Source of the DNA: the human T2T-CHM13v2.0 reference genome, Homo sapiens
Direction: 5' to 3' (one strand)
NCBI RefSeq assembly: GCF_009914755.1
Contig: NC_060939.1
Length of the DNA stretch: 64,000 nt
How positions within the stretch are numbered: position 1 is the stretch's first letter; each line of letters opens with the position of its first letter. The notes below the pieces were generated by a model. The model saw only the letters and a program-made list of their open reading frames with translations, was not told where the DNA came from and did not search any database. The translations under genes and the position numbers were made by a program. Positions 1 to 12,594 of this stretch are shown one piece after another.

Positions 1-212
1 GCTCCCTGCAGCTGAGATATCGGGGGCTGCCATCTAACTCATGCCTCAGAAAGCAGCAGCAGAACATCAAGGTGGCTGCACTGGGCTCCACTCACTCCCA
101 GAGTTTGGGGACAGTGAGCAAGGGCTGCCTGAGAAGGCCAGCAAGGACAACTGAAAGGGGCAGAGCCACTCAGTAGCAAGAAGCCAGAGGTGAGCCCAGG
201 CTTGGTGCTGCC

Positions 213-392
213 TGATTCCAGATTTCTCCAGGATTCGTCAACTCAAAAATAAATATAAGGACAAGAAGAATGAAATGCAGGACTAGAACTTACATCGGCA
301 AGTGCAGGGTCAAAAAGGAAGGCCTTGGTGAAGACAGGCAGGCCCAGGTGCTAGGGAGCACATTCAACCTCTAGATTTCTTTTGACCTCAGT
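213..392 (+). repeat. Copy A of a ~180-bp local non-tandem direct duplication (partner 1278-1456)
   Basis: Hand alignment to 1278-1456 gives ~19 differences in ~180 bp. Confidence 0.95.
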
Positions 393-1277
393 AGGGGGAA
401 GCAGTGACCAGCAGTCACCTGGGATGGAGGTGCACTCACCAGGGCAAGGGATCTGCAGCAGAGTCCAAATAGGAGAACCTTGGAGGGGCTCAAGAAAGCA
501 GCTCTTGGCAAAGCAGCATTCGATATCTCTCAACCCAGAAGGCAGGAGGCCAGCTCCTGACACTGCCAGCACCTTGTTTAGCACAGCCTTCTCCCTCCTC
601 TCTGACCCTGGAATGAGAGGTGGCAGTAAAAAAGGTGGCAAAGATTTGCTATAAACTTAAGTTCTGGATTTTGGTTAATCTCTTAGAATGGACACGTTGA
701 ACTGAGGTTGTGTTTTGTGATAAAGTGACCACGCAGAGTGTGAACTGGCCAAGTGTGGGCCTGCTGGAGTTTTGTACCCAGGGGCAGGAAATGCACTCCC
801 ATTGAAAAGACTCTAAAGTGGGAAAGGAAGCCGTGGTTGCTCACGTGCAGAGGCCAGGCATTGGGCACGCCAGTCACAAAAATCATGGCAGGGACACTAG
901 GCCTACAGGCCTCACCTTGCATTTGCAGACCCCCAGGTTCCTCTAGTGGAGCCTCAGGCTCAGGAAGGGACACAGAGAAGGCTGAGGATGTGGGACTTGG
1001 AGGGCTTTCTCCTCTTCAAACATAGCTTTCACTGCTTTTTATATTCGAGTTTCAAATAAGCTTCCATTTGAAGGGGATAGGATTCCATTGCTTTAAAAAG
1101 CTCTTGCAACCTGCTTTCTGTCTAATCCCGTTTAACCAATTGCAGAGGGAGGGTCCTAGAGGGGAAGTGATCTGCAAATGTGGAGGCAGAATTAGAGGTA
1201 CAGCTCTGACTTATAACCCTGGGCCCTCCCCTGCCATCCCTGACCCCATGGTCCAACCTACTTTGATGTCTGCAATG

Positions 1278-1456
1278 TGATTTCAGATTTCTCCAGGATT
1301 TGTCAACTCAAAAATAAATGTAAGGACAACGATAATGAAACACAGGACTAGAACTTACATCAACAAGTGCAGAGTCAAAAAGGAAGGCCTTGGTGAAGAA
1401 ATGGAGGCCCAGGTGCTGGGAGCACGTTCAGCCTCTAGGTCTCTTTTGACCTCAGT
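1278..1456 (+). repeat. Copy B of the ~180-bp local duplication, running into a MER5-like remnant (~1453-1590)
   Basis: Same sequence as 213-392 (gatttctccaggatt...ttttgacctcagt); followed by gtcacctg..cttgtagaaaagcagattccc..gaatctggatttctaa. Confidence 0.9.
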
Positions 1457-2170
1457 GGTCCTCTGTCACCTGCGATGCTTGTAGAAAAGCAGATTCCCAG
1501 TCCCCATGCCATCCTGGGGTACAACCCAGAATCTGGATTTCTAATGAGCAGCTCAATGATCTAATGGCTGGGTAAGTTTTGATCCATGGGGTGGTCGCAC
1601 ATATCAGGCCAAGGATGCTCCACATGTGGCGGGGACAGAGTGCTGCACACCGGGCTGGCTGCTCACCAGCAATGAGACACACCCTGGAGGAGTGTAACAA
1701 GGTAGCCTGCAGGCTGGGCGGGGCCTTGGGCTCTGGAGGAGCTTAAAGGGCCGATTTCCAGGCCAAGGTGGGCACCATGAAGGAACAGCAGCTGAGAGAC
1801 CCCAGGAGTAATCCATGTAAGGACCCGTTCTAGAAGATAGCCCAGCAGAGGCAGGGCATTAGGCTACACAGTGGGTAGCACCTGGAATGACTTCAGAAGA
1901 AAGAGCTGGTGAAGGAGGCCTTGGATGGGGGTCTGCAGCCTGGGGGACAGAATGAAGTCAGGCTGCAGGTGAGAGGGATAATTCTGGTGAGGCCCTGTTT
2001 GGCCATCCCAAGGGGACTGAGACCTCAACGAATGAGGAAGAAGTTCTGCTAACTTGGGCATCTCAGACTAGCTCTGGCCATGGACCATCAAGACAAGGTT
2101 GTATATTTTCATAAGGAGCCTGAGTCCCAGAGCATCTGGAAATTAACGTATTATTCTTGCTCATCTATGT

Positions 2171-2383
2171 CAGTGGTTCTCAACCAGGGGCAACTTTGAC
2201 AATATTTGGAGATATTTTGGTCACCACTCCTGAGAGTCAGGGTGGAGAAGGTGCGAGTGCTACTGGCATCCAATGGACAGAGGCCAGAGAAGCTACTAAA
2301 CATCCTACAGCACACAGGAAACCCCCTACAACAAAGGACTACTCAGCCCAAAATAACAACAGTACCGAGGTTGAGAAACCCTG
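2171..2383 (+). mobile_element. MER20 (hAT-Charlie DNA transposon fossil)
   Basis: Ends cagtggttctcaacc / ggttgagaaaccctg; internal tgctactggcatc..aaacatcctaca; degenerate 8-bp TSD atctatgt/gtctatga. Confidence 0.9.
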
Positions 2384-2902
2384 GTCTATGATGAAATCAT
2401 TAGAGGAGCCCACTGCCCTTTGGGAAAACTTATATTTGAGTTGCTATGATATGGAGCCCTGATTTAACTCCCTCCACAAAGCAGCACACGATGGAGTTCT
2501 CACACCCCGGATGGCAGCCAGGCCTGGGAACTGGGCCCCGGCATGCAAGTATGTGCCGGCCACTGTGTACCATAGCAAGTTTTATTAAAAGAAAAGATAA
2601 ACAGCAATGCATTGTGTAATCAGCTAATAATAGGTAGTGAAGCCTGTTGGCTTCTCACCCTCACACCCCCGCTGCCACGCCTCCTGCCATCTCTCACTGT
2701 CCCACAGCGATTGTTGTGCAATGTCACTGGGCATGTAAGAAGTCCCTTTGCATCCTTAGCCCCGGCCACTAAGGCTCCACTCACATGGTTTCTAGCAGGC
2801 AAACCCGATGTCTCTTGCAAACCACTAAGTTCCTCAAGGCGGGGGCCGAGTGGGGGACTATGCTTCTTGTTTTGTAATCTTTTAATGTGATGGTCAGCCA
2901 GC

Positions 2903-3381
2903 TGTGGCCACAAGAGGAGACAGGAAAGACTCGAAAAAAACAACACTGCTATGCTCACAGGTCCTAGCGACAGGCGGCACGGCACCTAGGGCCACATGGG
3001 AAAAACAGCAGAGCTGGGGAGAAGGGACTGCCGACCACGCTTTTATTGGGGTTTCTGAGGGAAACGCAAGGCAAGGGACGGTGAACCCTTGGATTGGCTA
3101 GTTTGAATAATTTCAGCAGATTCTAAACTCTAAGAATGGTCCCTGGTTGCCTGGTGCCTGGCCCCAGCGTGATTAAGGCAGAGGAATACTGCCTCTGGGT
3201 GTCTGGGCCAGACTCAGGTGGTGAGCTTCTGGACTGGTTAGTCTGCATATCAAAGGTATAGTCTGCACTGGTCCCTTCAGTCTCCAAGAATTGGCTAGAC
3301 CTGGGAAGGGTCGTCTCTCCCTACCTAGAAAGGCTTTTTATGATATCAAAACATCATAATATACAGAAAATAAAAAATACA
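2903..3381 (-). mobile_element. ERVL-type solo LTR, MER76-like
   Basis: ggattggctagtttgaataatttc, ctcacaggtcctag, gggccacatggg and tggccccagcgtgattaaggcag motifs recalled from MER76. Confidence 0.6.
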
Positions 3382-3682
<301 letters not shown>

Positions 3683-4094
3683 AACAGTACATGTTTCTTC
3701 TCAGAAGAGCGAGTTCACTTTCTTTTGGGGCCATTCAGTTTGCAGATAGGGTGACTATAACCCACCCTAAACCCCGCATGTTTCTTGCCTCTCAACTGTA
3801 GGTGTTCATGAGAGATCACTCCCAACTTGTCCAGACAGCTGCACCCTACTTTCTCCCAATTTGCTCTCATGTGTGCAGGTCACTGAAGCACTAAACATCA
3901 TTCCTTCTAAGATATCAGGGACATGGGTTCTCTGAATCTCTCAAAGGTGCAACCAAGTCCCTTAAAGGGCATGGTGGGTGCAGAAGGGTGAACGCACAGA
4001 AAACTTGCTGTCTCTAAGCAGGGCTCACCCAGATTCTTTCCACACTGGAAAAAAAATCTATTCGTTATTTTGAGCAGTGACTGAGATGACACCG

Positions 4095-4470
4095 ATGACG
4101 TATAGCAAAGCAGGAATTATCTTTAGGAGCAGAAAGATGAAGATGTACTGTGGGTCTGATAAGATAAAAGCGGCAGCAGATAAAAACATTTATAAAGAGA
4201 GACAATGGCTATCTGCCAACCAGGAGAAAGAAAACTCACCCACTAAATAGAAAGAAGAAATGAAAGGAAGTCAAGTCAAATTCTGTGACAGGCTGCATAT
4301 TAGCGTTCTTTTCTGTAAGAAGACTCAGTAACAGAAGAGAAAATGGAAAGGGATGGTGGGTGCTGTAGTTTGGGAGCCTTTGATGACCTTGGAGAAGGTG
4401 CTTTCCCCTTCAGCAGCAGTTTCCTGTATATAAGAGGAAAGAGAGAGTGTTGTGTTTGCCTCAGAGTCAC
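4095..4470 (+). promoter_or_regulatory. Candidate GATA-rich enhancer/promoter with TATA box
   Basis: Five WGATAR sites in 4117-4214; TATATAAG at ~4428; motif evidence only. Confidence 0.35.
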
Positions 4471-4603
4471 GGTGCTGTTTAAACGCAGTCAACACAGGTT
4501 AAAACACTGTGTGAGCTGGGAAGCGTTATATGTTTAAGAAACAGGCTCTCAAACTGTAGTATACAGAATTGTGGCTTAGAAGAGCAGTTAAAAGTACAGA
4601 TTC

Positions 4604-5172
4604 TGACCCACCTTGGGTTGACTTTTGTATAAGGTGAGAGACGAGGATCCAGTGTTGTTTTTCTACGTGTGGCTTGCCAATTATCACAGCACCGTTTGTT
4701 GAATAGGGTGCCCTTCCCCCACCTTATATTTTTGTTTCCTTTGCTACAAATCAGTTGGCTGTAACTATTTGGCTTTATTTCTGGGTTCTCTCTCCTCTTC
4801 CATTGGTCTATGTGCCTATTTTTATGCCAGTACCATGCTGTTTGGGTGACTATAGCCTTATAGTATAGTTTGAAGTTGGGTAACGTGATGCCTCCAGATT
4901 CGTTCTTTTTGTTTACTCTTGCTTTGGCTATGCAAGCTCTTTTTTGGTTCCATAAGAATTTTAGAATTGTTTTTTCTAGTTCTGTGAAGAATGATGGTGG
5001 TATTTTAATGGAAATTGCATTGAATTTGTAGACTGCTTTTGGCAGTATGCTTATTTTCACAATATTGATTCTACCCATCCATGAGCATGGGATGTGTTTC
5101 CATTTGTTTGTGTTATCTATGATTTCTTTCAGGAGAGTTTTGTAGTTTTCCTCGTAGAGATCTTTCACCTCC
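4604..5172 (-). pseudogene. Inverted L1 ORF2 fragment (5' part of a twin-primed L1PB)
   Basis: ORF 4479-5174 reads [51 protein letters not shown], i.e. L1 ORF2p C-terminal to the RT domain. Confidence 0.95.
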
Positions 5173-5494
5173 AAATGGTGTTCACAGCAACCTGGATGGA
5201 ATTGGAGGCCATTATTCTAAGTCAACCAACTCAGGAATGGAAAATTGAAATATTGTATGTTCTCGCTTATAAGTGGGAGCTAAGCTATGAGGACGCAAAG
5301 CCATAAGAATGATATAATGGACCTGGAAACTTGGAGGAAGGTGGGGAGGGGGTGAGGGATAAAAGACTACACATTGGGTGCAGTGTACACTGCTTGGGTG
5401 ACAGGTGCACCAAAATGTCAGAAATTAACACTAAAGAACTGATCCATGTAACGAAACACCACCTGTTCCCCAAAAACCTATTTTTTTTTTTTTT
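5173..5494 (+). mobile_element. L1PB (L1PB1-like) 3' end, sense part of the same insertion; lies inside a MER5-like element (~4540-5615)
   Basis: [12 protein letters not shown] end of ORF2 plus L1PB 3'UTR (gggagctaagctatgagg..ctgttccccaaaaaccta); TSD agtacagattctg at 4593-4605 and 5495-5507. Confidence 0.9.
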
Positions 5495-5619
5495 AGTACA
5501 GATTCTGGATCCCAATCCAGAGATGCTGATTCAGTAAGTTTGAGCTGGGGCCAGGAATCTGAATTTTGGACAAGTACTTCAGATTATTTGGAAACAGGAA
5601 GTGTCAACAGCCCTATGAG

Positions 5620-5730
5620 ATAGAGGAAATGGAGGCAGAGTAAAGTCGGCTAGCTCACCCAAGGTCACCCAGTAAGTGAGCCAGTAAGTGGCAGAGGCAC
5701 CTACCTCCCAAGAGATCTCAGACTCAAAGA
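5620..5730 (-). mobile_element. MIR fragment
   Basis: gaggaaatggaggcagag..cccaaggtcacccag..taagtggcagag core. Confidence 0.65.
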
Positions 5731-6347
5731 AAAGCAAGGCTGCTGAGATCTGGGCAGGGGCTCCTTCTCCTGCCCTCTCCTCTGAAGCAGGAAGCAGAGT
5801 TGCAGCCCAGGTCCACAAGCATCCAGCAAACTCAGAAGGGCTGTATCCCTGCATTCCTTGAGCTTCAAGCAAACGAACGTGCCTGGGACCTGTATAAACA
5901 CCTAGGCACATGAATGATAGAGACTGGGGAAGAGAGGGGAAGGGGAGAGCCACATTAAACATTAGACATTCCATCCAGCTTGTGCCTCTGTGTATCACTG
6001 AGAAGACTCACTGGGATAAAAAAAATGCTCTAAAACATGTCAATGCCAAGATGATTAAAATACCATTCTGTACCTTCAGTGTATGGAAAGGAGAGATAAC
6101 TGCAACTGGGACACCGCGTTTTCAGGAAATAATAGAAAATGAGTAAATAGGGTTACAAAACCCAGAGTCACAGAATGTTAGAACTGGATGTGCCTCTGGA
6201 GAACCCCTTTATATTACAGATGGGAACACCGAGTCCTGGTGTGGGAACTGCCAGGTGGGCCAGCAGAGCCCTGCCCCAGACCTCAGAGCTCTGCCCCCAG
6301 TCTGGCGAGTATCTCACATCACACTCTGCCCTCGCAAAGCTTTAAAG

Positions 6348-6549
6348 CAGAAGTGTCCAAGCTTTTGGCTTCCTTGGACCACGACGGAAGAAGAATTGTC
6401 TTGGGCCACACATAAAATACACTAATACAAACAATAGCTGATGAGCTAAAAAAAAAAAATCACAAAAATAATCTCAAAATGTTTTAAGAAAGTTTCTGGA
6501 TTTGTGTCGGGGTGCGTGCGGCCCATGTGCCTCACGTTGGACAAGCTTG
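6348..6549 (+). mobile_element. MER30 (hAT-Charlie)
   Basis: gtgtccaagcttttggcttcc..gaagaagaattgtcttgggccacacataaaatacactaa..ttggacaagcttg. Confidence 0.9.
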
Positions 6550-8662
6550 ACTCCATGAAGCAGTATTCCTTCCAAACACCAGCTTTACCTCACACACAGC
6601 CTCAGTGGAGCTGTGGATGCAAGAAGAACAGAAGAGAGGTGAGGATTTCTCGTCAGCAGTTGCAGTAGGTGGGGAGAGAGTCCCAAACGTTAATTAAGGA
6701 GTCCATCAATCCCAATTCTCCAGCTCACTCACAGAATTTGAAATAAAGAGAACAAGTGACTAGGGGGGAAGAGACCCCCAAGAAAGGCACTACATGACGA
6801 GTTGGAAGGGGTGGGCACATTTGCCTGGTTACCCAGGGATGCTCGCCAAGAAAACCAGACCTTTGAGACACAGGCTGCAGTGGCTGGAAATAGAGCTGGG
6901 ATTGCAGGGCAGGTGATTCACATCCAGCTCTAAACCTTCCCAGACGCCTTGGCCAAGCATCCCAGGTCTGTCACCATCTGACTGCACCCTGCCCATCCAA
7001 TTTTATCTTCTCCCAATGTCCTGCCGACAGCACAGGTCCTATCCCTTGTGGATTGGTCTAACCAGCCAATACCCTGGGAGGAGTACTGGTGTCAGCCCAG
7101 AAGCCCAGCCCAGGGGCAGTCCTTGATGAGGGAAGAGAAAGAATTTCCAGGGGATGGAGGAGTTGGGGTGACGCTACAGAGACTGGAGGGAAGGAGCCAC
7201 AGGCCTCTGGAGACTGGCCTGGGCAAGGGCACACCAGTACTCCTGTGCTTTATCCACCCTGCTCCATCAGCATTGTCTCCTCCACACATACTTGCACCCT
7301 AGCTGGGATGGTGACATCAACATAGAGGGGGAAGTGGCCTCGCCATCAGCTCTGAGCTCCCTGCCCTCCAGTGACCAAGTAAGTCAAGGCCACCTCAAGA
7401 GCAACCCGTCGGCCTGGGTTTTGACAAGAACAGCAGGTGATAAAAAAGGACAAGATGGAAGGATCCAAATGTGTTGTTTTCTCTTCACAAACAGATTATA
7501 ACAAAGATTACTGGCTTGGGCTGAGTAAGCCCTGAGAGTTATCACCAGAATGTGGGGTTCTAGGAGTGAAAAAAAATGATACTATCTCAATGGCGAGAGA
7601 TAAAGAGACAAGAGCTTATTTTCTACCCAGACTGGTAACACAGCAGTGACCCTGGAATCTGGGATATAGCTACCCATTGACTTCGGCTTTAACTTTGTTT
7701 AAAACCAGCCTGTTAAAAAAAAGTAGAACGAAAGAAGCTCAAGATGTTATCCATGAAAACGACCCACCAGATAGCCCCCTAAACAGTGGGCTTATCAAAT
7801 TGTCCTCATTTTTCTGAACAGAAGCAGGATGTGCTGGAGACACCAAGAAGAATAATTGCCCTGGCAATCCCTGTAAATCTCCTAAGAGGCTCTTGAAGTT
7901 CCTTTTTTTCTATTTATCTTGGTAATGAATTCTCTGAGCCTTTGGCCTGCCAGTTTAGTTATCTTCCCATACCCCTGACAAAAGCATAGCTGCGGGGAAA
8001 GACAATATTTTTGTAATCAAATGAGTATCAGTGAGATCCATGCAGCAGCTTCTGACATAGTTTTTAATGACTTGATTCTTCAGCAGCTTCTCCCAGGAGA
8101 AAGCCTTTGGGTATAATATGAATATGAAGAAATAGTCTGGATTTATTCAACTCATCATTTTTTAAATAATTGTCCACAGAAACCCTTGAACTTTCTGGCT
8201 TTTACTACATAGACAATGGAAAGGGGAAATTTGAAAAATTATTTAGATTTGATCAGTTTCGACTTGCAGTTGGGATCTTCAGGCATAAACACAGGGTTTT
8301 GAAAGAGCTTTGTTAGAATCTTTGCTCTGTTGTTTAACCTCTCTCTGTTGCAATTTCCAAGGCTATGAAAGAGAGATTATCATAGTACCTTCCTCATAAA
8401 GACATTATGAGAATTACATAAAATAATGACCATAAACATTTAACACAGAGCCAGATCAATAAATGTTAGATTTTCTTTCCTGTAGAAACCAACGGATGAT
8501 CTCAAATTTCCATTTTATTTCGCTTCTACGGACATGGCCTCTAGATATTCTAAATGTCACATGGGCAGCTGTAACAGTGAACAAACAGCCTCTCTGAGCA
8601 AAATGAAGTCAATAGGACCTGCGTATTTATCACATGGAGGAGAAGTTGGCTAAAAGATTGCC

Positions 8663-9132
8663 GCATTTGTTTCCTAGGGCTACTGCAGCAAATTACCACT
8701 GGGCAGCCAAAAAAAAAAAAAAAGCAGAAATTTATTCCCCACAATTGTTGAAAGCTAGATGTTCGAAATGAGGGTGTTAGCAGGGGCAGTTCCTTCTGGA
8801 GGCTCTGAGGGAGAACATCTCCTGTGTCTTAGCTTTGGGTGGCCGCCGGTAATCTGTGACATTCCTTGGCTTGGGGCTGCATGAATTGTCTCTGCCTCAG
8901 TCTTCACATGGCCTTTCTCTCTGTTCTATGTGTCTTAAATCTTCTCCTTTCTTTTACAAGGACACCAGTCATTGGATTTAAGACCCACCCTAAATCCAGG
9001 ATGATCTCATTTGAGATCCTTAACTTAATCATAACTACAAAAACCCTATTTCCAAAAAAGGTCACATTCACAGGTATCAGGGGTCAGGAGTTGAACTTAC
9101 TTTCTGGAGAATGACACTATTCAACCCACTAC
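8663..9132 (-). mobile_element. MaLR solo LTR, MLT1C-like
   Basis: tttcctagggct..aaattaccac..aaggacaccagtcattggatt..ggtcacattcacagg..attcaacccactaca. Confidence 0.85.
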
Positions 9133-9387
9133 AATTACTTTGAGTTCTTCAAACAAAATATGTCCCACTACTTAGGAATGAAATGACTTCAAAGCAAGTA
9201 CTATTCATTTTCCATTTATCTGTAGAAGCCCAAATACACAATTTACAAAGTGTGGATTGTATCAAGGATTCAAGTTTCTTTGGAACCTAGAATCCTTTTA
9301 AGTCTCGATAGAAGATGGAGGAAAATAAACTCATCCTGGTAATTTTGATAACTGAATTTCAAATTTCTCAGTTCTAGTTCATGATGC

Positions 9388-9856
9388 TGTCTTAGGCAGA
9401 ATAGTGATCTGCCAAAGATGTCCATGTCCTAATCCCTGGACCCTGTGAACATGTTTCCTAACATAGCAAAAGGGTATTAAGGTTGCAAAGAGGATTGCTA
9501 ATCAGCTGACTTCCAGATAGGAAGCTTACGCTGGAATATTTAGGCAGGCCCCATGTAATCACAGTCATCCTTAAAAGAGGCAGAAGAGGTCAGAGTGATG
9601 CCACGTGAGAAGGACTTGTCTCTGGCTCTGAAGATCCAGAAAGGGGCCACAAGCCAAGGCATGCAGGCAGCTTCAAGAATTTGGGAAAGGGAAGGAAATA
9701 GTCTCATGCAGAAAGGAGCACAGCCCTGCCAACATCTTGGTTTTAGCCCAGTGTGACCCATGTTGGACTTCTACTTCAGAACTGTAAAATAATAAATTTG
9801 TATTAAGGCACCAAATTTGTGGAAATTTGTTATGACGGCAACAGAAAACAAATACA
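9388..9856 (+). mobile_element. MaLR solo LTR, MLT1D-like
   Basis: aaagatgtccatgtcctaatccctgga..gctaatcagctgac..cagccctgccaacatcttg..gaaaacaaataca. Confidence 0.85.
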
Positions 9857-9859
9857 CAT

Positions 9860-11220
9860 GCACTCTGAATGAATACAGCGGCCTCTCCTACTTAAACTCC
9901 ACTGAAAAGATGCTCAAGGGTGGGCAGAAGGAGGCATGAACTCACAAGGACAAAGGACAGAGGAGAGGAGAAAAGAGCAGCAGGTGTGTTGACGTGAGAA
10001 GGCAAATGGTCAGGTGGTACCTCACCTAGCTGTCCTGAGACAAGCTAAATCCTAAGCCATCAGTGTGAAGACAAGTAGCAGCCCAATCTGTTCTACAAAA
10101 CCCCCAAAAGTTTCAGAAATTAGTGGCACCAGATAGATCTAGAGGTTGGGGCAAACAGGAGGCTATAAACGGCATTGTTTAAGTCTTTTCAAAGAGCAGT
10201 TACAGCCCCAGATTCTATATCCCTCATTGACCAGCCAGACGATTGCTGCTCTCCAGCAAAAGACCAGTGGTTTTTGCCGATAAAGGGTGTAACCTACAAT
10301 CTCTACAGGAAGAACACCAGGCATTGCTGAAGACGGGGGATAGAACTGAAACATAGGATTCAATGGACATTGACACTGTGAATGTCAGATTCCAGCTCTC
10401 TTCCTCTCCTCATCTCCCAGACCCAGAGTGGAAGTTTATTTTCTCCAGGAAGAGGATCAGAAACATCTAATCTGGAGACTTAAATCTGACGAGCTTTTCA
10501 ATGTCCCACTCTGAAAGTGGGACAAGAACCATCACACATTTGAGGAAACTCTCCCTCTGAGACAGGCCCCCCAAAAATTATTGAAAAACAACTTAGAGGA
10601 AAGAGACTATGCAGAGAGAAGAAAACTTGAACAACTAAAGTTGTCAGAGTAGCCTCAGGGAGATAACGTACTGCATTTGTGAAACAGGAGCAGGATGCTC
10701 TATCAAAGGAATGTCAAAGAACAACAACAAAAAAATTTAAGTTAAAAATATGATACCAGAAATTATAAACCCAATAGAAGGATTGGAAAATAAAGCTGAA
10801 GAAATAATAAAGTAAAAAGACAAAGTGATAAAAAAAATAGGAGAAAAATATGAAATCTAAACAATTAGTCTACAAGTCCAAGAGAGAGAAACATAAAAAA
10901 AGAGGGAGAGAGAGCATCATTAAATAGGAATTTCTAGAGAATTTCCTAGAAGGGAAGGGCATGAATCGAGTGTACCCATCAAGTATCAGCAAAATGGGTG
11001 AAAAAAGGCATATCATCTGAAAGGCATATCATCTGAAAGCTTAGGGCAAAAAGGATAGAGAGATTTTATACACTTCCGAGGGTGGGGGGCAGAATGTTTA
11101 TACAAAAGATTCAAAATCAGAATGTCATTGGGTTTCTCAACAGAAACACTTATAGCTAGAACACAGAGTCATGCCTTCAAAATTCTAAGGGAAGATGGTT
11201 GCCAACCTAGAATTTTATAT
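9860..11220 (+). mobile_element. Ancient L1M/HAL1-like 5'UTR-ORF1 remnant
   Basis: A-rich degenerate ORF1-like sequence ending gccttcaaaattctaaggg..caacctagaattttatatcc. Confidence 0.6.
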
Positions 11221-11229
11221 CCGGGTGAT

Positions 11230-11575
11230 TCTTAACATGTTCAGCGAGATTTTGGAGGCAGAGAGATATCTGACACACATAGAGAAGGCAATGTGAAGAC
11301 AGAGCAGAAAGAGATTTTAAGATGCTGTCCTTGAAGGCTGGAGTGATGTGGCCCACAAGACAAGGAATGCTGGCAGCCTCCAGAAGCTGGAAGAATCAAG
11401 GAATGGATTCTATCCTAGGATCTCCAGAGGGAGCTGGCCCTGCCAACACTTGACTGCTGCCCAGTGAAACAGATTTCAAACTTCTGGCCTTCAAAACAGT
11501 GAAAAAATCAATGTGTCATTTGAAGCAATCCAGTTGGTAGTAATTTGGTTACAGCAGCCACAGAAAACTAACACA
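11230..11575 (+). mobile_element. MLT1 (B/C-like) LTR, partial
   Basis: gaaggcaatgtgaagacagag..ccagaagctggaaga..ttacagcagccacagaaaactaacaca. Confidence 0.8.
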
Positions 11576-12411
11576 GAGCCCCCAGTCCAATTTCCTACCT
11601 TCCACAAGTCACCTGTTCTGTGGTTGATCTATGACCTGAGTACAAGTACATTCACCTGTAAAATACACAGTGCTGTTATGTAAAACACATTGTGTTTTTA
11701 TTCCAGTTATTCATATTAGGATATAGAGCTTACTTTGACTCTTTCTTTTTGTATTCAACTTTACGTTAAGGTTTTTCTGTGCTGGCAGGTGTATGCACAC
11801 CTGCTCTGACGCTTCATCAAGAGGCAGGTAATGGCTAAAGGGCTGATGCAACCTTTTCAGGACCTGGCAAAAAAGAACAGATATTACAGTTGAGCCAAAA
11901 GTACAATGAGAGGATAAAGCTTCAACTCTGTGTGTGTATAAGTGAGTGACAAGTATGATTTTTTTGGGTTTTCCTGCCTATCCTTTTCTCACAGATCCTC
12001 TCTGCCCTGGCCTGATCCCCAAGAGACTCCTGGGACACAAAAGGCCTAACGATTCCAGCTGTATTGCTTGACAAATTGGAATGGAAATCAGCAATAGTTT
12101 TCCCTCCAGCATCCTCTGGGAAATCCATCCAATGATATGTTCCCAGCCGTCCCCTGCTTTCAAAGATATAATGTTGAAACACCAAGTGGCACCTGCCATG
12201 TACAGGACATTAGTGTCAGGAAGCAGTGCAAGCACTGAAAGGGGCAGAGACAGCCTCCAGGCGCAAAAGGAGCCAAAGCTATTTAGAAACGGGGATGATA
12301 TGGGCTCAGCTGCTTCCAAGTGTATGAAGGCTAGTGCTGGGCAACTGCTTCCACTGAGTCAAGGAGCAGACACAGTGGACCTGCGCTGACAAGAAGCATC
12401 TGGCTGAAACA

Positions 12412-12594
12412 TCAAAAATACAAAATTAGCCGGGCATGATAGTACACACCTGTAATCCTAGCTACTTGGGAATCTGAGGCACAAGAATCGCTTGAACCTG
12501 AGAGGCAGAGGTTGCAGTGAGTCAAAATCATGTCACTGCACTCCAGCCTGGAAGAAAGAGCAAGACTCCGTCTCAGAAACAAACAAACAAAAAA
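12412..12594 (+). mobile_element. Alu right arm (5'-truncated)
   Basis: aaaaatacaaaattagccgggc..gcaagactccgtctca plus A-rich tail. Confidence 0.93.

Noticed and set aside
4479-5174. 231-aa ORF, the longest in the window
   Set aside because: Truncated, inverted L1 ORF2 fragment running into flanking DNA; not a host gene
11005-11040. 16-bp tandem duplication aaaggcatatcatctg
   Set aside because: Ordinary slippage inside a dead L1
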